From an uncultured Candidatus Rokubacteria bacterium (GTDB lineage: Bacteria > Methylomirabilota > Methylomirabilia > Rokubacteriales > CSP1-6), in assembly GCA_963754315.1 (NCBI GenBank), contig CAVWFS010000015.1:216458-280457 (forward strand): a stretch of 64,000 nt of DNA. Direction: 5' to 3'. Under the pieces are notes generated by a model that saw only the letters and a list, made by a program, of their open reading frames with translations, made no database searches and was not told the origin of the DNA. Every line of letters starts with the position of its first letter. Position 1 is the first letter of the stretch. Shown one piece after another: positions 40,293 to 51,414 of this stretch. Position numbers and translations under genes: made by a program.

Positions 40293-43200
40293 ATGACCAC
40301 GGTGCGGGTGTTCGTGTCGTCGCCCGGCGATGTGGGAGAGGAGCGACGGCTCGCCCAGCGCGCTCTCGAACGACTCCAGCACGAGTTTGCGATTCGGGTG
40401 ACGCTCGAGGCCACGTTCTGGGAACACGAGCCGCTCCGCTTCACAGAAGCCTTTCAGGCTCAGCTCCCGCTGCCCTCCCGCTCCGATATCTTCGTCGCGA
40501 TCCTCTGGTCGCGCATCGGCACGCGCCTGCCCGGTGACATCACCCGGCCCGATGGCACGCGGTACGCCTCGGGAACCGAATTCGAGTTCGAGGACGCCAT
40601 CCGCTCATACCGCGGCCGCGGGGTACCGGACATGCTCGTGTACCGAAAAACCGCTCAACCCCTCGCCGTCATCGACGATACCGTGTTGGAGCGGCTTGCC
40701 CAGAAGCGCGCTCTCGACGCCTTCATCGAGACGTGGTTCCACGAACCCGACGGCTCGTTCACCGCCGCCTTCCATCCGTTCGAGGCGCCCGCCGAGTTTG
40801 AGGAGCTTCTGGAGACGCATCTGCGGAAGCTCATTGAGGCCCGACTGCCGCGCGGGGTGGCCGAGACCGCCCCGCCTCCGTCGTCATGGGGCAGTGGCTC
40901 ACCCTTCCGTGGTCTCGCGGCATTCGACACCGAGCATGCCGCGATTTTCTGCGGGCGCACGGGAGCCATTAGCGACGTGTTGAATGCCCTGCGCAAGCAG
41001 GCGACGGAGGGTCGCCCGTTCGTGATGGTTCTCGGCATGAGCGGCGTCGGCAAATCCTCTCTCGTGCGGGCTGGCGTCATCCCGGCGTTGACGACTCCGA
41101 GTGTCATCGAGGGCATCGGCGTCTGGCGCCGCCTCGTGCTTCTCCCGAGCGACGCATCCACAGGCGATGGCAAGGATTTGTTCGACGCCCTCGCCCGTGC
41201 ACTGATGCGGGACGGTGCCCTCCCCGAATTGGGTGAAGGGGCGACCGTCGACGAGGTCGCCTCGCTGCTCAGAGAGACGCCGAAAGCAGCCGTGCCGATC
41301 GTCAGAAGTAGCCTCGCCCGCATTGCTGCCGACGTGCAACGCGAGGAGAGGCTGGCGCGCCCACCGGCGGTCCGCGTAGCGCTTGTCGTCGACCAGTTCG
41401 AGGAGTTGTTCACACTGCCCTGGGTGACGCCGGCCGTGCGAACCGGCTTCGTGGCGGCGCTCTCTGCCCTCGTGCGGAGCGGGCACGTGTGGGGACTGGC
41501 GACTCTCCGCAGTGACTTCTACTCCAGATGCACGGACCTCCCGGAGCTTCTTTCGTTGAAGGAAGGGGCGGGTCAGTACGACCTCCAGCCTCCCACAGCG
41601 GCCGAGATCGGACTCATGATCCGGCAGCCCGCCCGCATGGCTGGGCTTCGATTCGAGGAGGCTCGCGATACGGGGGAGCGCCTCGACGATCTTCTGCGGG
41701 ATGCGGCGATGCACGAAGCCGGCGCCCTGCCTCTCCTGGAGTTCACGCTGGAGGAGATATACAAGCGTGCCGAGGGCGGGCTCCTGACGCTGTCGGCCTA
41801 CCGGGCTCTGGGCGGCATCGAGGGGGCCGTGGCCAGTCGGGCCGAGGAGGTCCTTCTGGCCTTGACGCCGGCCGAGCAGGCCTGCCTGCCAGCCGTGTTG
41901 CGGGCCTTGGTCGCCGTGGGCATTGGTGAGGAGGCGCCCGTGGCCCGCATGCGCGCACCCGTGGCCACGGTGGCCCGCGAGCCGGCGGCGCAAGCACTCC
42001 TCGATGCCTTCGTCCGCAATCGCCTGTTCGTTGTCCATCGTGGCGACGACGGCATGCCGGTGGTGAGCCTCGCTCACGAGGCCCTCGTCCATCACTGGCC
42101 ACGGCTCCGGCAGTGGCTGGAGAACGACCGGAAGTTCCTCCGAGCACGGGCGCGCATAGCAGCGGCCGAAGCGTTGTGGGGCGAGGCGGGCGAGGCGAGC
42201 GCTTTTCTTCTGCCCGAGGGCGAAGCCCTCGACCAGGCGCGGGAGCTCCTGACGGAGGCCGGGCATGGCGTGACGCCGACGGAGCTGCGCTTCGTCCAGG
42301 CCTCTCTCGAGCACAGCCGGCGGCGGCGGCGCCGCCGCCGAGGATTGGCAAGCCTGGGTGTCGGGCTGGCGCTCGCCGCACTCGCCGTCGCGGTGTGGTA
42401 CTGGCAAGCCTATCTCGTCATCAGGATCGAGCACCACGCCGACGTCCAGCGACGCTGGGGCGTGATGGAAGGGATTGCTCCTCTCAGCGACACCGCCGTT
42501 GTGCGCCGCGCGCAGTCTTATCGGATTCAGCGCCGTGGCCGCGCGGGTGTCGTCGAGAAGGTCGAGATCGTGGACGCGGAGGGTAAGTGCGCACGTGTGC
42601 GGCTGACGACGACGCTCGCGACCTATCTCGGCGACCGGCCGGTCCTGGAGGACGCTGGGGGGGATTGCGCCTACCTCTTCGAGCGCGATGCCTCCGGGCG
42701 GCTCCTCCGGGAGACCGCGCTGGATCGTAATGGCAAGATCCTTTACGAGCTGCAATACACCTCGGACACCACGGCCTATTACAAGGACCGCCACGGCTAT
42801 GCGCGTGCCCGCACCGGGTCCGGGGCCGCGTACGTGGAATTTCACCGGCCGACGGAAGGGCCCGATCGGGGTCGCGACGTCGAGGTCCGCTACTTCGACG
42901 CCGCGCGGAGGCCTCAGGTCAACCACGAAGGGGTGTTCGGGGTGCGACAACGCTTCGACGCGCGCGGGCTCGCGGTCGAAGGGGCTTTCCTCGGCACCGA
43001 CGGGCGACCAATGATGAGCAATCTCGGGGTGGCGGCGATGAAGCTGACCGCTGACGCTCATGGGCGGCCCACGGCCGCGGCTCTGTTCGATGCGGCTGGC
43101 CGTCCCACCGAAGCCGGTTTCTGTGGCTGCGCGCGCGTGGAGTTCGCCTACGACGAGGCCGGCAACCGCACGGAGCGCGCCTTCTTCAGCGGAGACGGAC

Positions 43201-45000
43201 GGGCCGTGGTCGGCAGCGACGGTGTGGCCCGCGAGAAGGTGAAGTATGACCAGCGCGGGTGGCCGATCGAGATCGCCGGGTTCGGCATTGGCGGTGCTCC
43301 CGTCCGGCTCAAGGACGGGTTTGCGGTGGCCAGGGTAGCGCGGGACGATAGAACCCGTACCGTCGAGCTGATCTTTCTGGATGATCGCGACAAGCCCACG
43401 TGGCATCGGGACGGTTTCGCGCGGAAGAGGACCGCCTACGACGCGCGCGGCAACGCGGTCGACGAAGCGTACTTCGACGTGAACGGCAAGCCGGTTTCAG
43501 TCCGACAGGGATTCGCGCGTATAACGCGCACGTACGATCGCCGAGGCAATCCTATTGACGAGCGCTTCTTCGGGGTCCAGGGCCGGCCGGTGCGGGGCCG
43601 ATACGGGTCGGCACGGATTGTGACCGCATACGACGCCAGCGACAATTGGACGGAGGAGGCCTACTTCGGCCCAGACGGCCGGCCGACGATCACCGATGAC
43701 GGCTTCGCCCGGAAGACCGCGCGCTATGACAACCGAGGCCAGCGCGTGGAAGAGGCCTATTCGACCCGGACGGCCGGCCAGCCCTGCGTCGAGAGGGGTA
43801 CGCCAGGAGTACCTTCGCGTATGACGGGCGGGGCAACTCGAGGAGATCGCCTACTTCGGTCCGGAGGGGCAACCGGCCCTGCATCATGACGGGAACAGCC
43901 GTATCCGGTCGCGCTACGACGAGCGCGGCCTCCAGGTCGAGGTGATCTACCTCGACGGGGACGGTCGGCCCACCCCCATCCGCGATGGCTACGCCAGGAG
44001 GACGCTTCGTTACGACGACCGGGGGCAGGTCGCCGAGGAGTCATACTTCCTTGCCGATGGCCAACCGGCGCTGCTGGGGGAACGGTACGCGCGAGCGGTC
44101 TTCGGTTACGACGCGCGCGGGCGCCGGGTCGAGCAGGCGTACGTGGACGCCCAGGGCCGGCCCGCTCTGGGCGACGAAGGGTTCGCGCGGCGCCTGTCGC
44201 GGTACGACGATCGTGACAATCTGATCGAGCGGACGCATATCGGGGTCGACGGCCGGCCGGTTCGTCTCCGTGATGGCTACTCCAGCTGGCGCGCCCGCTA
44301 TGACGATCGTGGCAATCAGATCGAGCTCGCGTGGTTCGACGCCGAGGGGCGGCCGGTTCTCTTCCAGGGCAGGCAGGCCCGATCGCTCGCCCGCTATGAC
44401 GACCGGGACAACCAGATTGAACTCTTGTTCCTGGGGCCTGACGGGCGCCCAGCGCTCATGCCGGACGGCATCGCGCGCCAGACCTCACGATTCGATGATC
44501 GGAGTCAGCAGATCGAGCACGCGTTCTTCGGACCGCACGGCATGCCCACGACGTCACCGGACGGGTACGCGCGGGCCACTCACAGCTATGACGAGCACGG
44601 GAACCGGACCGAGACGGCCCTGTTCGGTATCGACGGGAAACCGACGCGAGGTCGAGACGGGTTCGCCCGGATGCGCTTCGACTACGACGAGAGCGGTGAT
44701 CTCGTCGGTCGCACGTTCTTCGACTCCGATGGTCGTGAGCTGCCCGCCCAGGTGGTGATCGTGGAAGTGCTGCCGCGCTCGCAGGCTGAACGCCTCGGGC
44801 TGAGGCCGGGCGACCGGATCGTCGTATACGATGGCACGCCGATCACTTCGGCGGCCGGGTTGCTGCGCGGGGTGCGTGCTCCGGGCGAAGGGACACGCGA
44901 GATCGAGGTCCTCCGGGACGGAAGCCGCCTGCGGGTCACGGTCGCGCCAGGCCTCATGGGCGTCCGCATGGAGGAGCGCCCCGCCCTCGTCGATCGCTGA
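40293..45000 (+). CDS. DUF4062-like effector + nSTAND NTPase + TM helix + ~25-aa YD-like repeats + PDZ (frameshifts ~43760-43920)
   Basis: VFVSSPGDVGEER; SPFRGLAAF; GMSGVGKSS; VDQFEELFT; LPLLEFTL; HEALVHHWPRL; TM ~42345-42420; YDxRGN..YFGxDGRP..DGFAR repeats; PDZ-like SQAERLGLRPGDRIVVYDG. Confidence 0.85.
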
Positions 45001-45071
45001 TTCCACTGGCTCTTCGCTCACGAGTGACTCCTCCTAGGGCGAGCGGCGGCGGCGGGTCCTGGGCTCTCGCG

Positions 45072-45629
45072 TCAGGCCGGCTTCCAGAACCCTTGCGATG
45101 GGATGCGGAACGCCCGGTTGAAGCGCGAGGACGCGTTCTCCCACGCGATGATCATCGTCAGCTCCGCGATGGTGTCGTCGTCGTAGTGCCGTTGCACGCG
45201 CGCGAAGAGCTCGTCGTCGACGTCGCGGTGCGTGTCCGTGATCGCGTCGGCGTATTCGAGCGCCACCTTCTCCGCGTCGGTGAAGAGCGGGCTCTTCGCG
45301 TAGTCGTTGAGCGCCTCGATCTTCTCCGTCGCGACGCCGAGCCTGCTGCCCACGGCAGCATTGACGTCCTGTCAGAACTCGCAGCCATTCCACCAGGCGA
45401 CGCGACGGTTGACCAGCGCCCTGAGCGAACCGGGCACGCGCTTCGTCTCTTGTTGCAGGGCGGCCCACATCTCCTTCGCGGCGCGGAAGAACGCCGCGTT
45501 GCGCGCGTAGAAGAGGTATGGGTAGAGTGGCGCGCCGCGGAGCTTGCGCTGTTCCTCGAGCGTTTCGCGCAGGTCGTCCGGGAGCGTCTCGACGTCGACC
45601 GGCGGAATGCGCGTCTTCCCCTCCAGCAT
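45072..45629 (-). CDS. AhpD/carboxymuconolactone decarboxylase-family selenoprotein (CxxU, Sec86), 185 aa
   Basis: GGAGG RBS; NGCEF-TGA(45374-45372)-QDVNAAVG continues in frame into EKVALEYADAIT..ENASSRFNRAF. Confidence 0.85.
45344..45360 (-). promoter_or_regulatory. Candidate bacterial SECIS hairpin
   Basis: 11 nt after the UGA: UGCUGCC-GUG-GGCAGCA, a 7-bp stem with a G-starting loop. Confidence 0.7.
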
Positions 45630-45687
45630 GGTCACCTCCGTCAGCACGGTCACGATCCTACCGCGGAAACGGTCGGACGCGCCGCTG

Positions 45688-45713
45688 GACACTTCGACGG
45701 TGATCGAAGTGTC
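45688..45713. promoter_or_regulatory. Inverted-repeat operator, probable ArsR site
   Basis: GACACTTCGA-cggtga-TCGAAGTGTC, upstream of a minus-strand TAGGAT -10 box (45655-45660). Confidence 0.7.
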
Positions 45714-45748
45714 TACCGCCGTCCGCGGCGAGTTCCTCAGCGGCGCGA

Positions 45749-46462
45749 CTAGCGTTTCCTGCGCTCGCCTGCTTCGGACGCGTCGATGCCGAAGGTCTTC
45801 AGGAAGCCCCGCCGTCCCAACGGGGTGACGATGACCGCGTGGCTGCGGTTCATCCTTTCCAGCCAGCCGAGATCGAAGTAGCGCTTGGTGATCGCGGCAC
45901 CGACTGCACCCGCGATGTGTGGGCGTCGCTCGGTCCAATCGAGACACAGTCGGCAATAGTGGCGGCGGGTCGAACGCAGCGTGGGAAGCTCGATCCCGAA
46001 CTCGGTGAGAAAACGGGTGCCTCCGCTCGTGATCTCAGCGACCTCGTCGTCGAGCACGACGTAGTCGCGGGCGACGAACGAATCGGTGAGATCAACACTG
46101 AGGCGGCCCGCAAGGTGGTCGTAGCAAATTCGGGCCGCATTCAGTGCGCGTGCTTGACGAGAGAGCGGGCGGTATCGCGGTCGCTTCTCGAGCGCGACGG
46201 CGACGATCCCGTCGATCATGTCTGTCACTCTCGGCGAAGCAAACCGGAAATAGCGATGCCGCCCATGACGGGCCACCGAGAGCAAGCCCGCCTCGGTCAG
46301 CTTTGCGAGATGGGTGCTGGCGGTTTGAGGCGTGATTCGCGCCGCGACGGCGAGCTCGCTCGCGGTGAGGGCACGGCCATCGAGAAGCGCCCACACCATC
46401 GTCGCTCTCGTAGGGTCTGCGAGCAGCGCCGCGATCTCGGCGATGATAGGACCTGTGATCAT
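45749..46462 (-). CDS. ArsR/SmtB-family regulator with Cys-containing C-terminal domain
   Basis: LADPTRATM..TASTHLAKL..GRHRYFR; ARICYDHLAG; CRLCLDWTERRPHIAG. Confidence 0.92.
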   Translation of the reverse strand: MITGPIIAEIAALLADPTRATMVWALLDGRALTASELAVAARITPQTASTHLAKLTEAGLLSVARHGRHRYFRFASPRVTDMIDGIVAVALEKRPRYRPLSRQARALNAARICYDHLAGRLSVDLTDSFVARDYVVLDDEVAEITSGGTRFLTEFGIELPTLRSTRRHYCRLCLDWTERRPHIAGAVGAAITKRYFDLGWLERMNRSHAVIVTPLGRRGFLKTFGIDASEAGERRKR

Positions 46463-46524
46463 TTCCTTTATCTAACACCCGAATCGACGCGATCAACCTC
46501 GTCGGTATTCAGCGCAGACCATTC

Positions 46525-46827
46525 CTAAGCGCTTCGGACTCGTTCGACGTGCTTCGCGAGCAACTCATTGATGAGCGACTGGTAGCCCAACCGTCGCCGC
46601 TTGGCCTCACGCCGCACGGCGTCCAAGACTTTGGGATCGATCCGAATCGCGATCAGTCGCCGCGGCTCGGAGCCCAACGTCGGCCGGCCTACCCGGCGCA
46701 TCGCGCGGAGCTGCGCGGGCGACGCTTCCTGAATGTCCGAGAAGTCAATTCTGCGGCGCCTCCGCGTAGGCCGCGCGCTCTTTGCGGCTTGCGCGCCGCG
46801 CGCTGATGATGCGGATGTTCTCGCCAT
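46525..46827 (-). CDS. brnA: BrnA antitoxin
   Basis: IDFSDIQE, IAIRIDPKVL, GYQSLINELL. Confidence 0.88.
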   Translation of the reverse strand: MARTSASSARGAQAAKSARPTRRRRRIDFSDIQEASPAQLRAMRRVGRPTLGSEPRRLIAIRIDPKVLDAVRREAKRRRLGYQSLINELLAKHVERVRSA

Positions 46828-47035
46828 CGCCTCGCCTCCTGACCGTATACGCCACCATGAGAACGCGGCCCGTCGTCGCCCGGCCCAGTCGCAGGAATCG
46901 CGACTCCTTGTCGGAGTGACTCAGATCCGGGCCCTCCAGCGCATCAGGATCGCCGAATACCGTGGCCGCCTCTTCGAACGACACGCCGTGCTTCGTGCGG
47001 TTGACCGCGGCCTTCCGCGTGTCCCACTCGAACAC
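46745..47035 (-). CDS. brnT: BrnT toxin
   Basis: FEWDTRKAAVNRTKHGVSFEEA, IRIISARRA. Confidence 0.92.
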   Translation of the reverse strand: MFEWDTRKAAVNRTKHGVSFEEAATVFGDPDALEGPDLSHSDKESRFLRLGRATTGRVLMVAYTVRRRGDGENIRIISARRASRKERAAYAEAPQN

Positions 47036-47360
47036 ACTTCAGTATATACAGAATACGGGGACGCGTAGGAGTGCGCTGTCGGAAAGGATGACCTGTCCTC
47101 GGCGTGCGCGCGTAATGACAACGTAACAGTCGTTTTGCCACCGCCCTTCCCCGACGTCGCCACATCGACTATGATGCCCGGGTCGTGTGACGGGGACTCG
47201 CGAGCCGGAGTGGGGATCGAGTGATCGCCATCAGACCGCCTCCGCATCTCACTTCCGCGCAGGGTACGCGGTGCGCCACCGCTCGCGATCGTACGCATGG
47301 TGCGGGAGGCCGTGAAACGCTGCGGCCCGGCTCCTCGGCCTTGTTCGGCTCCGTCTCATC

Positions 47361-47402
47361 CACCCGTGTCAACGCGTCGCGCACCCGTGTCAACGCGTCG
47401 CG
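47361..47402. repeat. Perfect 21-bp tandem repeat upstream of the secreted-protein cluster
   Basis: cacccgtgtcaacgcgtcgcg x2. Confidence 0.85.
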
Positions 47403-47521
47403 AACACTTGTACGGCCGCGTCGCATGACCCGGGGCCGGCGTGGTTCGCTACCACCGTCCGCCGTATGACTCCTTCATTCACCGCACCGCGCCGCTTTGA
47501 CCGGCGCCCGAGGAGGCACAC

Positions 47522-47905
47522 ATGAAGACCCTGATCGTGGTGAGCGCGCTGGCGTTGAGTCTGCTCGGCCTGAGGACGGCCCCCGCGGCAGCCCAGGCGA
47601 CCGGGCCCTTCTGCGTCCGCATCGTCGAGTTCGAGGAGGTCGCGCAGTTCTTCGTCCTGCCCACCGCCGGGGGCCACGTGATCTTGACCGGCGAGAACAT
47701 CTCGTTCGGCGATGCCTACAGCGGTGCCGGGTATGTGACCGGCGGCCACTTCGTCTTCAGCGTGGTGTCCGGCCTGATGCCGGGGGTACTGGAGGGCACC
47801 ATCAACCTGAGTACCGGCGAGGGCTTCGGGTCGGTCACGTTCAGCGATACGGGGCAGATCCAGAACGTCACCTACGCGACCTTCGCACCGCCCTGCGCGC
47901 CCTGA
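47522..47905 (+). CDS. Small secreted beta-rich hypothetical protein
   Basis: GAGGAGG RBS, Sec signal peptide ending AAAQA, two Cys near the mature termini. Confidence 0.8.
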   Translation: MKTLIVVSALALSLLGLRTAPAAAQATGPFCVRIVEFEEVAQFFVLPTAGGHVILTGENISFGDAYSGAGYVTGGHFVFSVVSGLMPGVLEGTINLSTGEGFGSVTFSDTGQIQNVTYATFAPPCAP

Positions 47906-48024
47906 GTCTGACCACAACCCCTGGCGGGCGGCCGATCGCCAGTGTCGCCTCGCCAGATCTGATCGGACGGAGCGGTATCGGAGTCCGGCGGCAAGCAAGG
48001 ATGAGTCGATGAAGGAGGCATAGG

Positions 48025-51000
48025 ATGAAGGACGCCGAGATCGCCGAGGCACAGCGAACCATCGCCGAACTGACGCGGACGCCGGTCGGCCGCCGCTGGC
48101 TGCTCAAGATGGGGGTGAGCGCGGCGGCGGCCCTGGCACTGCCGGCGTGGGCCGCGGCGCAGGGGCCGGCGCCCGCCGCGCCGCGATCGCGCCGGGGCAC
48201 CGTGTTCCACTTCGTGCTGGGGTCGGCCGCGGCGCTTGTCGGATCTCAGGGTCGTCGTGAACGGGCGCAAGATCCCGCTGACGCGCCACACGCGTAGCAC
48301 GCGCAGCGCGCTCCAGTCGCAGGGCACGCTTGTGGCGAAAGATCCGGCTCGGCCAGCTGACCCATTTCGCTCCGTGCCCGTGCCCAGCCACCGGGCAGTC
48401 TTGCTGACGGTCTACGGCACCCACGAGGGCCGGACGGTGGTGGTGGCGCAGACGTTCCACGCACCGGCCGCGGCCACCGCCGCGCTCGCCTCGGCGGCCT
48501 TCCTGCTGCGGGGGTCGTATGGGTTGGTGGCCGGCTCATCCGAACGGCTGGCCGCCCTGGGACTGGACGCCTCGCAGCTTACCTCCGTGCGCGAGATCGT
48601 GGATCTGGACACGGTCGTCGATTCCTACGACCGGCGATCGCCATGACGATGGTGCACCCCAACGTGGCCACGAAGAATTCCACGGCGGTGGCGGCCACCA
48701 AGTCGCTGCTCCACAAGACTGCCGAGGTCACCAACCTCGGCAGCTACCTCGGGCAGCCCGGCAATTACCCCGTCCTCCCCGTCCAGGCGATGGACCGCAA
48801 CGGGCAGCCCGGCCACGATCACGATCAAGGGCACGACCTCCAACTTCTCCACGATCCAGTTCGACAAGGCCGATACGATGTTCACCGAGCTCGCCCAATC
48901 CGCCTTCGTGGCCGGTATCCAGGGCGTCCGCGGAGACGGCACCCTCGGCGCCGTGCTCGACAAACCGCTGGCCGAGTCGCCGCAGGATACCAGCACCTGG
49001 CACCAGCCCGAGGGGATCGTCATCCATCCCACGCCGTACGCGCCCCACCGGCGCGCTGGGCGCAGGCGGTGCAGGTGCAGCTGCAGAACCCCGGGACGGT
49101 GCACGGCACCCAGGTTGTAGTCAACGGGGCCTTCTCGGGCCGGCAGCCTTCCCCTCAAGCTCTACAACAACTTCGTCCGCTGGGTCTGGGTCTATGTCCA
49201 GTATCTGAAGGCCGACGGCACCAACTTGTCGCTCGACTCCGACGCGAAGTTCCCCGACACCAAATACGCGAAATCGCTGGGCATGCTGCCGCAGATCTTC
49301 ACCGTGCTCGGCGTCCCCCTCTGGGACACCAACACCATCGACGTCACCCTCGACTTTCCCGCCCGAGGCGACCAGCGCGCGCCTGCTGTTCTGCGGGCTC
49401 GGCAACGACGCGGTGGACGGCGGCTGGCGCCAGTACTTCCCGGCCGACGCCTACACCCAACCATATCGCTCCCCAGGACGAGGTGCTGTTCGCCGCGCTC
49501 ATGACCGGCATCGTCACCATCGGCCTCACCGGCTTCGCGCTAGCCATCGACATCGCCGTCACGACCGCGTTCGCCACCGCCCGTGACTTCACGGGGCGCC
49601 CGACTGAGGCACCGGCGAAAACGCTGAAGATTGGCGATCGACACAGTCGCCGAGGATCTCGGAGGCTCGCAGGGATCGGCGACAACCCCCTCGGGGGCGC
49701 CTTCGGCGAGTCCGAGGCCGAGGCCATGCAGTTCCTGGGCCGCGCCACAGCCGCGGTCGACCAGGCCAGAACCAACATCTGGCGGACCGTCGCGGCCATA
49801 GCCACGGCGATACCGAAAATCATCTTCGGCCGGCGACGCTGTCAGTCGCCGATGTGGCCAGAACTCGCCGGAACCGTCGCGGCCACCGAGGCGGCGGAGG
49901 AGTCGTCGACGCCATCCCGATCATCGGCGAGATCTCGCCGTGATGACGGTGGTGGGTGACATTGCGACGCTCGCGCGAGGCGATTGGCGAGACCGTCGCC
50001 TCGCCGTGGGTGATCGCGAACCAGATCGTCGCTCACCTACACGGCGACGGTGACGGTGCAGCACGACCCCGACAGGTCGCGACCTGGCCGCTCACGGCGC
50101 GCTCCTGGCGGATCGAGGCCAAGATCGACGGCGCCACCGCCCTGACGCCCATCACCGGGACGATCAACGAGGGCGGCCGCATCCAGTCGGACCGATCTCG
50201 TGCTCGAACCTGACCGTGCCCTTCGGGGGAGCACCATCACCTGGTCCATCGTGGTCCTGGACGCCCAGGGCACCAGGTCGGCACCGGGGCGACGCAGCTG
50301 CCGAACAACGATTCGAGCAACCTGCCGACCGATCGTGGCCTTCGCGATCACCGAGCTGCCGGAGCCCATCACCGCGGCCACCGTGTTCAAGCGGGATGAC
50401 ACCACGACCTTCAGTCCCACGGCCGGCGGCTACACCTGGTCCGACGCCGTCCCCGACACGGCACCATCGCCAGCAGCGGCGTCCAGGAGGTGACCGGCGT
50501 CACCATCGCCACCCGGCTCGGCGTGGCCGGCATCGTCTGGAAGCAGAACGACAAGTACTGGCTGCGCGGCGTCCCCGTCGCCGAGAACGGCAGCCACCAT
50601 CACCCTCGGCGGCGCCACGCGCCAGGGCTTCGCCCGCCGCCCGTTCCTGCTGTTCGACTCCTTCGTCGGCGCCACCGACGTCGCCAACCACGTGCTGCTC
50701 GAACCCGACGACACAGGTCCCGGCTACCACGTCCGGCGCCTCACCATCGACCCCGCCACCGGCGCCCTGAGCTGGGACCCCACCATCTCGCACGGCTTCT
50801 TTCCCCTCCCGGTCAGCGCCGCGGCCCTGCATTCCTCCGGGTGGGTCGTGGCCGTCCACACCGACAGCGGCCGGCTGGGACGCGTGCTGCCCGCCGCCAC
50901 CCCTCTGCCCGCCGCTGGCCGCCTACACGGCCGGGCCCGGCACGCGAGATCGGCCTGCTCTCGTCCCCGACCGCCGTGGCCGTCACCAATCCTGGCATCG

Positions 51001-51414
51001 TCATCGTCCTGGAAGCCGGCGCCTCGCAGCTGGCCGCCTTCGACCTCAACGGCAACCCGGTCCGTTACTTCGGCACCGCGTCCCCGGCCGACTTCACCCT
51101 CCCGCTCCCCACTCCGCCACCTACCTCGACGTCGCCGTCGACGGCTCCGGCCAGATCTACGTGCTCTCCTACCGCGACGACGGCAGCCAGGTCTCGGACT
51201 ACCGCATCGACGTCTACACCCCCAACGGCACGCCGCTCGCCACCAACAGCCCCGGCACCAACGTCCCCCACCTCGCCGTCGACTACTGGCGCAGCATCTA
51301 CGCGGCCAACTACACGGCGCTGCTCGACAGCAGCACGGGCAGCCTCACATCGACCCCGCGCTGGGCGTGGCCGAGCCCTCGCTCAGCGTCTTCGATCCGA
51401 TCACTCCGTCATGA
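48025..51414 (+). CDS. Large Tat-signal hypothetical protein with C-terminal NHL/beta-propeller-like region (many frameshifts)
   Basis: AAGGAGG RBS; GRRWLLKMG; coding-like fragments in alternating frames up to PSLSVFDPITPS* (ATGA overlap with next gene). Confidence 0.65.

Noticed and set aside
42700..44750. CRISPR array or RHS polymorphic toxin
   Set aside because: Repeats are degenerate and conserved only at protein level inside a CDS; no RHS core DPxG motif or toxin/immunity pair, and the protein ends in a PDZ-like domain.
45034..45956. Two separate small genes or a nonsense pseudogene at the AhpD locus
   Set aside because: The TGA aligns with the catalytic Cys position and is followed by a SECIS-like hairpin, so recoding is the better explanation.
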